From Nemertoderma westbladi (taxonomy: Eukaryota; Animalia; Xenacoelomorpha): a stretch of 64,000 nt of DNA. A program made the position numbers and the translations under genes. Positions 1 to 8,292 of the stretch are shown piece after piece. The stretch lies in NCBI GenBank assembly GCA_032718475.1, contig JAUCBJ010009153.1, positions 1 to 64,000 on the forward strand, written 5' to 3'. The notes beneath the pieces were generated by a model that worked only from the letters and a program-made list of their open reading frames with translations, was not told the origin of the DNA and did not search any database. Position 1 is the first letter of the stretch. Each line of letters starts with the position of its first letter.

Positions 1-1206
1 ACCAGTACTACCTAGTAAAACTCAAAGTCCGGCACTCTACCAGTACTACCTAGTAAAACAAACAAAGTTCGGCACTCTACCAGTACTACCTAGTAATACA
101 AACAAAGTGCGGCACTCTACCAGAACTACCTAGTGAAACTCAAAGTTCGGCACTCTACCAGTACTACCTAGTAATACAAACAAAGTGCGGCACTCTACCA
201 GTACTACCTAGTGAAACTCAAAGTTCGGCACTCTACCAGTACTACCTAGTAAAACAAACAAAGTGCGGCACTCTACCAGTACTATCTAGTAAAACTCAAA
301 GTCCGGCACTCTACCGGTACTACCTAGTAAAACAAACAAAGTGCGGCACTCTACCGGTACTTCCTAGTAAAACAAACAATGTGCGGCACTCTACCAGTAC
401 TACCTAGTAATACAAACAAAGTGCGGCACTCTACCAGTACTACCTAGTGAAACTCAAAGTTTGGCACTCTACCAGTACTACCTAGTAAAAAAAACAAAGT
501 GCGGCACTCTACCGGTACTACCTAGTGAAACAAACAAAGTGCGGCACTCTACCGGTACTACCTAGTAAAACAAACAAAGTGCGGCACTCTACCGGTACTA
601 CCTAGTGAAACAAACAAAGTTCGGCACTCTACCAGTACTACCTAGTAATACAAACAAAGTGCGGCACTCTACCAGTACTACCTAGTGAAACTCAAAGTTC
701 GGCACTCTACCAGTGCTACCTAGTAAAACTCAAAGTTCGGCACTCTACCGGTACTACCTAGTGAAACAAACAAAGTGCGGCACTCTACCGGTACTACCTA
801 GTAAAACAAACAAAGTGCGACACTGTACCGGTACTACCTAGTGAAACAAACAAAGTTCGGCACTCTACCAGTACTACCTAGTAATACAAACAAAGTGCGG
901 CACTCTACCAGTACTACCTAGTGAAACTCAAAGTTTGGCACTCTACCGGTACTACCTAGTGAAACAAACAAAGTTCGGCACTCTACCAGTACTACCTAGT
1001 GAAACAAACAAAGTGCGGCACTCTACCGGTACTAACTAGTAATACAAACAAAGTGCGGCACTCTACCGGTACTACCTAGTAAAACAAACAAAGTTCGGCA
1101 CTCTACCAGTACTACCTAGTGAAACTCAAAGTTCGGCACTCTACCAGTACTACCTAGTGAAACGCAAAGTTCGGCACTCTACCAGTACTACCTAGTGAAA
1201 CAAACA
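1..1206 (+). repeat. 40/38-bp tandem satellite array (block 1, continues beyond window start)
   Basis: Head-to-tail copies of CGGCACTCTACCRGTACTACCTAGT(A/G)AAACAAACAAAGT(G/T) with 38-bp ...AAACTCAAAG... variants; ends at GTGAAACAAACA 1206. Confidence 0.99.
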
Positions 1207-1413
1207 TTATTATTCTCGCCTATTAGGCGCAGCACCAGTCAAGCTGGTATATAATTGAATAGTTAAATAATGAAGTAAAATGACACATCAGTGACAATAA
1301 AATATGGCTAATCGTAAACAGTGACTAAAATCATAATTATAATTATTTACGTAAACAGAGACAGTATCATCAATTAAAGTTATTTACCATTTACGTCACA
1401 CACCTTGACAACT

Positions 1414-4400
1414 TTAAAACCAGGCGGGATAACAAAATAAATCTAATATCATGTTGTGCTTAAATTTAAAACTGGTAGATAAACGGTGGCAGCTATCTAT
1501 GAAGTTGATTTTGACCGCCTCTGCTAGTGATACTTCACCTGGTATTATTCGATTTTTTAGGGCTGATTTTGAGTATTTATTTGTTAAAAGAGACTGCATA
1601 TTGGGGAGTGGGTATGCTTTATAACTCTTTTCATATGTGGAGAAGACACCTGTGTAAGAAGCACCGTATTCCGAAGCACTTACTCGAAGGAATGACTGAA
1701 TTAACATATTGTTGGATTCAAACGATCGTGTAATGATCCCAATATTTTGCCGATATACTTCCATTGAGAGTGGAATACAACCAAGTAGGTTGTACACAAC
1801 CTGGTTGTCTGCATATGGTCCGAGGTGGAGGATGCTCCGTAAGGCCTTACGGTATGCCACATCTAACAGTTCGATTTCAGTATCACGCATGGAACCCACA
1901 GTAAACTTGAGAGTATACAAGATGGAAGGTATAGCTACCGTCCGCCATATATATCCAACGGTTGTGCAGTCAAAGTGTCTTGTAGTCCAACCATGTCTGT
2001 GAAAGCAGCTGGTTAACCTTGCGATCGACTGCTGTGCATCCTTTAATGCAGATGTATTCACTGAGTACAATGGATAACCCAGGAATGTAAGTTTAGGGCT
2101 GGCTGGAACTAAGGTGGTATTAATACTTAGAAACGACGGGATTTCTTTTGCCGATTGACCATTCCCAACGAATACCGCCCATTTCGTTTTGGATCCTTCT
2201 ATGTCCAATTTTATATTGTTGAGCTCTGTTGTTAGTAACAACACCATTGCCTCTAAGTCATGCATTGTACGGCTGCAAAGAAGCACATCATCAGCATAAG
2301 CTAGGCAGCCCAACCAATGAAGATGAAGGTTAAATCCATATCCACTTGACTCAAGTGCTGAGATAGCATCTGAGGTGTAGAAGAGAAATAATAATGGTGA
2401 TATCAAGCTACCCTGTTTCACACCCCGCCGAATGATGATTCCCTCACAATCTATTAAGTTACCAAAACGTAGATAGGCGGCTGTTTGGAGATAATACGAA
2501 ACCATGGACAGACAGATGAATGGATTGAGGTAGGATGATAGCTTCTTGAATAGTGTAATGTACTGGACGTTATCAAATGCTCCATGCATGTCCATCTGAC
2601 ACATGTAAACGTTTTGACCCCGACTACGTTGTGAATTCAAAAATTCTAGAAGTGCTGCGATGATTAAATCTGAGCCCATTTTCTTTTGATATGCCAGCTG
2701 GGAAAGTGGGATGCATTCAAAAAGCACAGGCAAATATTCCTGCAGCAGGACGCTTTCAAAAACCTTCCCAAAGATACTAACTGAAGATATTGGGCGATAG
2801 GACCTTGGATTCAACTGTGGACGGTTTTTCCCTTTATATATATGAGTAATTAACGTTTTGCCAAATAATTCAGGCACTTCCCCCAATCGAAAGCATGCAT
2901 TGACGATATCTGCAAGAACTTCAGTTATGAATGATTCCTCTAGGCAAAGAAGATGCTCAACCATTAGTGAAGCTGCATCAGTTGCTTTCCCCAGTGCAAG
3001 AGAAGCAATCGCCCGTCGAATAGTGCAAGGAGAAATAATGGGTGGCAAAATATCGTTACATGAACTACGAAGCTTATCTGTAAACTGCAATAGTTCATCG
3101 TCTTCCTGGACATTCGGCTCATTCCTGCACTTCAAGTCTTCTCTTAGAAGTTCTTGAACATCCCTTGGTGGCGTAGATTTGTCTTTCTTACTAAAATACT
3201 GCCAGAATTGCCTAGGATTTTTATCAAATCCTGTTGCTCTCTTCCGAATGTCTTTATGTAAGAGAGATTTGGTCAGATAATTTTTCAGTTTCCTTATTGA
3301 ACGACGCGATTCTTTGTAGGCATCTCCAAATATATTATCATCACCTTTACCATCTTTGCACCATAAATTGTATAGTTGTCGACATGTATTTGTTCTTGAT
3401 TTCAAAACCCTTGATCGTATACGCAAATTCTTTGTTACATGCTTATTTGAATGGGTACATGGGAGGTTATGATTGGCTGATAGAATAAGTATCATTTGCA
3501 GTTGGTTTACAAATATATTTGTGTCATCTGCAGTCCATTTTGTAGCACTTGGCAATGTCTTATATATGTCGCTAATTCTCTGCGTTACATCATTTTGAAA
3601 ACGTGTGAGATGATCCTCGCTTATCCTGTTCCATGCAACTCTACCTTTGAGCCGACGGGAGTCATGCTGTTGTTCCTCGCAGTTATATACTCGGCTGGTT
3701 TTGAACTGGAACAGCGCTGTCAGAGGAACGTGATCCGAGTGGTATGTGCACTCTTCTTTAAAAATTGTACCCTGAACAAGTTGGTCATTGCCATGTTCAT
3801 TGGTTATAATGTGATCTATATAGGAAGATCCGTGTCCCCGAAAAGTAATACATCGCCCCAAGAATTTATTTTCTGTGTCAGCCGCAACCAGACTTCTGTC
3901 TACTAAGAAGGAATTGAACCGTGAACCTCTGTCTGTTGGTTTATCCCGACCCCTGCGGGGACCCTGCAAAGGACCAAGGTCAGCGTTGGTATCAGCTAGT
4001 ATTAGTGGTGTAGCATCTTCATATTGGTCAAGGATATTGCTGAGTCTCCCCAAAAATTCCTCATAATTTGCTTTGGGTTTTGAAGTGTCAGGGAAATAGC
4101 CATTCAATACAACTACTGGTTGTACGACTTGGCAGAGTGATGCATGTATCCCTATGATATCTTCCCCTGATACAATTTTACTGACATTGGAAAAAGTAGA
4201 TTTTCGAAATAGCATAGCTACACCACCCCGTACACCGTTGTTGACCACATAGTCTCGACATGTAAAGTAGCAATCAAATTCATTGTGTAACTTCGGTAAT
4301 AAGTAAGTAGCTTCTAAATTATCCATCCATATTTCTTGCAATGCAAGAATGTCTAGGCTATCCAACAGTCCAGCAACAACATCCCAGCTCGGGATAATTC

Positions 4401-4494
4401 CTCGCACATTAAATGTACCAACTCGCAAGTCACAAGTATCTGGTCGTTGAATATTGTATACTTTGTCAGGTGGTGACGTCTTTGTGCTAAACAT
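1414..4494 (-). CDS. LINE ORF2: apurinic-like endonuclease + reverse transcriptase (1026 aa)
   Basis: APE motifs GTFNVRG, LALQEIW, GGVAMLF, YFP, ADTNAD, SYIDHI, SDHVP; RT motifs SYRPIS, DMHGAFDNV, GVKQG, YADD, FLG. Confidence 0.96.
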   Translation of the reverse strand: MFSTKTSPPDKVYNIQRPDTCDLRVGTFNVRGIIPSWDVVAGLLDSLDILALQEIWMDNLEATYLLPKLHNEFDCYFTCRDYVVNNGVRGGVAMLFRKSTFSNVSKIVSGEDIIGIHASLCQVVQPVVVLNGYFPDTSKPKANYEEFLGRLSNILDQYEDATPLILADTNADLGPLQGPRRGRDKPTDRGSRFNSFLVDRSLVAADTENKFLGRCITFRGHGSSYIDHIITNEHGNDQLVQGTIFKEECTYHSDHVPLTALFQFKTSRVYNCEEQQHDSRRLKGRVAWNRISEDHLTRFQNDVTQRISDIYKTLPSATKWTADDTNIFVNQLQMILILSANHNLPCTHSNKHVTKNLRIRSRVLKSRTNTCRQLYNLWCKDGKGDDNIFGDAYKESRRSIRKLKNYLTKSLLHKDIRKRATGFDKNPRQFWQYFSKKDKSTPPRDVQELLREDLKCRNEPNVQEDDELLQFTDKLRSSCNDILPPIISPCTIRRAIASLALGKATDAASLMVEHLLCLEESFITEVLADIVNACFRLGEVPELFGKTLITHIYKGKNRPQLNPRSYRPISSVSIFGKVFESVLLQEYLPVLFECIPLSQLAYQKKMGSDLIIAALLEFLNSQRSRGQNVYMCQMDMHGAFDNVQYITLFKKLSSYLNPFICLSMVSYYLQTAAYLRFGNLIDCEGIIIRRGVKQGSLISPLLFLFYTSDAISALESSGYGFNLHLHWLGCLAYADDVLLCSRTMHDLEAMVLLLTTELNNIKLDIEGSKTKWAVFVGNGQSAKEIPSFLSINTTLVPASPKLTFLGYPLYSVNTSALKDAQQSIARLTSCFHRHGWTTRHFDCTTVGYIWRTVAIPSILYTLKFTVGSMRDTEIELLDVAYRKALRSILHLGPYADNQVVYNLLGCIPLSMEVYRQNIGIITRSFESNNMLIQSFLRVSASEYGASYTGVFSTYEKSYKAYPLPNMQSLLTNKYSKSALKNRIIPGEVSLAEAVKINFIDSCHRLSTSFKFKHNMILDLFCYPAWF

Positions 4495-7400
4495 ACTGCT
4501 GCCGCCTAGAAACAGTCACTCTATTGTTGCTAGCGTTCTGTACATATTTGTTGCCACCAAACTTTGTAATGTTGTTGCCTGTAGCTGTAATGTTCATGAT
4601 GTTCCACTTTCGACAATTGATATAGTGAGGCCAAAAAGAGCTACCTAGTAGAGTCGATTGTGCTGACGCATCTGTAGTGATTCGCAAGCTTGTTGTGTTT
4701 CCATCTGTATGTACTGATGATATCCTGTGTAAGTGTATCCCTCTATTCCTTATAAGCTTTTCAATGCCTAACAAATCGATATCTCTTCTATCGGCTGTGA
4801 CTTGGAGATAAGAGTATGGGTTATTCAGGACGTATCCTTTCCTGTTGTGTTGCGTTTGTTTGTCAGATGATCCAGGTTGCGAACTTATGCCTCCATTATG
4901 TATTACTTTATATGCATCGTTTTGTTTCTCCTTGGATATGGTCTCACTGTGACCGAATGCCCTGTTATTACGTTTTGTATTCTGCCAGGGGTTGTTGTTA
5001 CCAGTGGTTGTTCTTGTGTCCTCTCTGTTGTGATCCATATTTCTTGAGCCCCTTGAATGGGCTACATTATTCTGCACTTCATTGAAAGGCCCTAAGGCGT
5101 CATAATAGTTATAGCAAGTTGTTGTTGGCTGCGGCTGTTGTCTATGATCCCTTCCACTGCCTAGATTCAATTTGGGGATTTGTCTACTTGTTCCATTATG
5201 ATGGTTTATATTATTCTGTGGTTTTCGAGATTTATTCGTTGAAAACAGATTAGTGTTTTGTTGGTTAGATCTAGATGACTTCAATGTTGGATGCCTGTGT
5301 CTGTCCATATCCACTGATGCCGGATTGGTTTGTTTCCTGTAGGGCCCATCTGCTTCCTTCATATAGTTATGATTTTCAGTTTTATTATGATGGTCGAAAG
5401 AGTGGATGTTGTTTGTATTTATATTTGAGGTAAGAGTTGCCTCAAGGACTATCCGTGCATGTCGCTCATGATTTAATTCATCTTTTAAATTACAGACACT
5501 TTCCTTGAGTACTGTATTCTCATTTTCAAGAACAGAAAGTCGTGCCTGAATTGTGGCTACTGAATGTACCAGATCGAGCCTTAGTTGGTCTGTGGCAATA
5601 TCTTCTACTTTGACGCTACTGGTACTAATGTTACACTTTCGCAATCGTTTTCTGCATAGTTCCGTGAAAAGGTTCTCCTTTATGCACATTAAAAGCTCAT
5701 AAATATCAATGCACAGTTCTTTGATCGAATTTCTGGAGATTACTTCAAATGTGGAGCTTTGGGTTGGGTGCATCAACCGCTTGACATCAATGAGCAGCTC
5801 ATCTCTGGCACAGTGCAGTTTAGGCTTATTCTCCTGTGATATCATCTTGAGAGCTTTTTTCCTGTTTGATTTGATGATATTAGTAAAGTCAATTGAATAG
5901 GTTCTGTGGGAAAGTGTTTCGTTATTCATAGACTGTGATGAAAGTTGTATTGATGTTTGTGGGAATTGTGCATTCGTCGATGATGGTTGTATTTTAGTAT
6001 GTGAAGCACTTCCTGATGGTTTGGATTTTGAAGGATGTGGTATTGCTGGTGGTGGGAGGATGCGACTCTGTTGATGTTGAACTCCACTCTCATCGTAGAT
6101 TGTATTCTCATATTCCAGGTAGCCAATTTTCATATTTGCAACACCGGTGGAAGAGGAAATCTCATTTGATTCGGTAGTTAGAGAGCTGTTATTTTTTACT
6201 TGAGTCGGTGGGACGTACGTTCGGTCGCAAATAACCTGGGGATGTTCCATAAGTTTGCAATTCTTGAGACATGAAAGAACCCAGTGCCTAGCGGCAGTAC
6301 TATCATGGTAAATGGGTGATATCGTTGAACTTCCCTGAGCCTGAGCTAGAGCATACAGGCATAAATATATTCCACAGTTTACATAATCATGTTCAGGTTG
6401 CTGTGGATATGGCGGCGTACCACCGGCAACTATCCATTTCCGGCTAGAGGAGTCTGATATATTCCAATCGCTATTACAATCAATGAGAGATAGTAGGTCT
6501 GCGATGGCGAAGGTCGTGTTAGTAGGCATAGAAGAACCTTTTGAGCTTAGCAATTTGACCGTTTTTATTTGTAAATCTGCAACATGTAGAACCCAGTGAT
6601 TTTTGGTACATTCTGGAAAAAATATTAGATGTGGTCGGTGTTTTGTGTGTCTCGCAATGTAGTGGCGGGCCACATATTGTACCGCGCTCAGTTGATCATG
6701 ACCAGGTCGTCGCAGGTTATATGTTAGAGTTGTCAGAATGGGAGCTGTATGTGGATACTGCCTGCAAATTAATCCCAGAAAACCGTCAACTACATCATCG
6801 TTAATCCATAGGTTTGCTGTATTTATAATTTCTTCTTGTTTTTTGGGCTCACTGTAGTTTAATTCCAGACACTTCAGCGATTCTTTTGCTGGTACTGGGT
6901 AGTTAGGCGCTGTAGTGCAGATAGAGTCAATGAAGATTCTAATTTCAGATGGTATGTCACGTTCGCACATATTTAGATTATTGTCTGGGTAAACATCATA
7001 ACCAGTGCCGGCATCATTAGTTGCTTCATTGTAAGCGTGGCGCACCTTAGGGTTTAAGTTTCCACCCAATGTAACATCGTCAATGACTACCACACTGTTG
7101 TCAAATGATACATGTTTGTGTTCAGGATCATCTTCAGTAAGATCTATTGTTTCTGGAATAGTGATTTCAGGTTTATGTTTCTTCCTGAAGAAATCAGTTA
7201 TCTTTGTTATATGAGTAGACTGATTCTTGTTGGAGGGGTTCCCTGATACCGCGATCGAGGAAGGATCGACTCCGGTTAAACTCGAGGAAGAATCGACTTC
7301 GGTTAAACTCGAGGAAGGATCGACTCCGGTTAAACTCGAGGAAGGATCGACTCCGGTTAAACTCGATGAGGGATCGACTCCGGTAAAACTCGAGGAAGGA

Positions 7401-8059
7401 TCGACTCCGGTTGAACTCGAGGAAGGATCGACTCCGGTTAAACTCGAGGAAGGATCGACTCCGGTTAAACTCGAGGAAGGATCGACTCCGGTTAAACTCG
7501 AGGAAGGATCGACTCCGGTTAAACTCGAGGAAGGATCAACTCCGGTTAAACTCGGGGAAGGATCGACTCCGGTTAAACTCGAGGAAGGATCGACCCCGGT
7601 TAGACTCGAGGAAGGATCGACTCTGGTTAAACACGAGGAAGGATCGGCATCGGTTGAGGTCAAGGACGGATCGACTCCGGTTGAGCTAGATGAAGGATCG
7701 ACTCCGGTTGAAGTCGAGGAAGGATCGGCTCCGGTTAAGCTCGAGGGACGATCGACTCCGGTTAAACTCGAGGAAGGATCGACTCCAGTTGAAGTCGAGG
7801 AATGATCGGCACCGGTTGAGCTCGATGAAGGATCGACTCCGGTTGAAGTGAAGTCGTGCGTATCGGTGCACGATTGATCGGATGGAGTGCCTGAGTCCCG
7901 ACGGAGGTCCTCTGGGAATATCGCTTTTCCTTTTAAATCTAAAAGGCGCATAGCACGCTTGAGTTTTTCTGGACGAGATCCCGTAGTGGTTAAATCGTTC
8001 TTGTCAAGGAACCGTTTCAGTGTCTCCGTGTTCATTTTACGGAGACGAGTGTAATCCAT
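4487..8059 (-). CDS. LINE ORF1 (1190 aa): SAP-like N-terminus, Ser/Thr repeat, Ulp1/C48 protease-like domain, coiled coil, C-terminal RRM-like domain
   Basis: LRKMNTETLKRFLDKNDLTTTGSRPEKLKR (SAP-like); WINDDVVDGF...FFPECTKNHWVLHVAD...PQQPEHDYVNCGIY (C48-like); heptads in IQARLSVLENENTVLKESVCNLKDEL; SLRIT...FWPHYINCRKW. Overlaps the ORF2 start by 8 nt (ATGTTTAG). Confidence 0.9.
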   Translation of the reverse strand: MDYTRLRKMNTETLKRFLDKNDLTTTGSRPEKLKRAMRLLDLKGKAIFPEDLRRDSGTPSDQSCTDTHDFTSTGVDPSSSSTGADHSSTSTGVDPSSSLTGVDRPSSLTGADPSSTSTGVDPSSSSTGVDPSLTSTDADPSSCLTRVDPSSSLTGVDPSSSLTGVDPSPSLTGVDPSSSLTGVDPSSSLTGVDPSSSLTGVDPSSSLTGVDPSSSSTGVDPSSSFTGVDPSSSLTGVDPSSSLTGVDPSSSLTEVDSSSSLTGVDPSSIAVSGNPSNKNQSTHITKITDFFRKKHKPEITIPETIDLTEDDPEHKHVSFDNSVVVIDDVTLGGNLNPKVRHAYNEATNDAGTGYDVYPDNNLNMCERDIPSEIRIFIDSICTTAPNYPVPAKESLKCLELNYSEPKKQEEIINTANLWINDDVVDGFLGLICRQYPHTAPILTTLTYNLRRPGHDQLSAVQYVARHYIARHTKHRPHLIFFPECTKNHWVLHVADLQIKTVKLLSSKGSSMPTNTTFAIADLLSLIDCNSDWNISDSSSRKWIVAGGTPPYPQQPEHDYVNCGIYLCLYALAQAQGSSTISPIYHDSTAARHWVLSCLKNCKLMEHPQVICDRTYVPPTQVKNNSSLTTESNEISSSTGVANMKIGYLEYENTIYDESGVQHQQSRILPPPAIPHPSKSKPSGSASHTKIQPSSTNAQFPQTSIQLSSQSMNNETLSHRTYSIDFTNIIKSNRKKALKMISQENKPKLHCARDELLIDVKRLMHPTQSSTFEVISRNSIKELCIDIYELLMCIKENLFTELCRKRLRKCNISTSSVKVEDIATDQLRLDLVHSVATIQARLSVLENENTVLKESVCNLKDELNHERHARIVLEATLTSNINTNNIHSFDHHNKTENHNYMKEADGPYRKQTNPASVDMDRHRHPTLKSSRSNQQNTNLFSTNKSRKPQNNINHHNGTSRQIPKLNLGSGRDHRQQPQPTTTCYNYYDALGPFNEVQNNVAHSRGSRNMDHNREDTRTTTGNNNPWQNTKRNNRAFGHSETISKEKQNDAYKVIHNGGISSQPGSSDKQTQHNRKGYVLNNPYSYLQVTADRRDIDLLGIEKLIRNRGIHLHRISSVHTDGNTTSLRITTDASAQSTLLGSSFWPHYINCRKWNIMNITATGNNITKFGGNKYVQNASNNRVTVSRRQQYV
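7253..7850 (-). repeat. 27-bp coding minisatellite in ORF1 (TGVDPSSSL, about 22 units)
   Basis: Unit tcgaggaaggatcgactccggttaaac on +, repeated in tandem and more diverged toward 7850. Confidence 0.97.
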
Positions 8060-8292
8060 ATCCAGAAATACGTGGACGCTAGCACTCGTCTATACGCCCG
8101 TTCTGTCGATCCGAGGGATCGCTTGTTGAGGTCTCTGACGTGGTTGTAGGCTACGAACCCGGCCTCCAGCGAGTATTCTCTGCCAGAAACCTTCGCGCGC
8201 GTATTACAGTAGGTACAGCAAATAAAATAAAATAAAATCGGAGATAAAATTATGAGTCTGACAGTATTGTCGTGTAGTACAGCGGTACAGCG

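Larger units (their letters stand above)
1207..8292 (-). mobile_element. Apparently full-length two-ORF APE-type non-LTR retrotransposon, RTEX-like (clade tentative)
   Basis: Two uninterrupted ORFs, ~230-bp 5' UTR, ~200-bp 3' UTR ending in a short (TAA)n tail (ttattatt on + at 1207). Satellite on both sides, resuming almost in register (caaaca|...|agttcggc), no TSD. RT signatures GVKQGSLISP and GCLAYADD plus ORF1 C-terminal FWPxxIxCRxW resemble RTEX elements. Confidence 0.9.

Noticed and set aside
7227-7871. Antisense and alternate-frame ORFs over the 27-bp repeat (EEGSTPVKL, NSRKDRLRL)
   Set aside because: Shadows of a stop-poor repeat whose length is a multiple of 3. The same applies to 19105-19557 and 19170-19469 over the 30-bp repeat.
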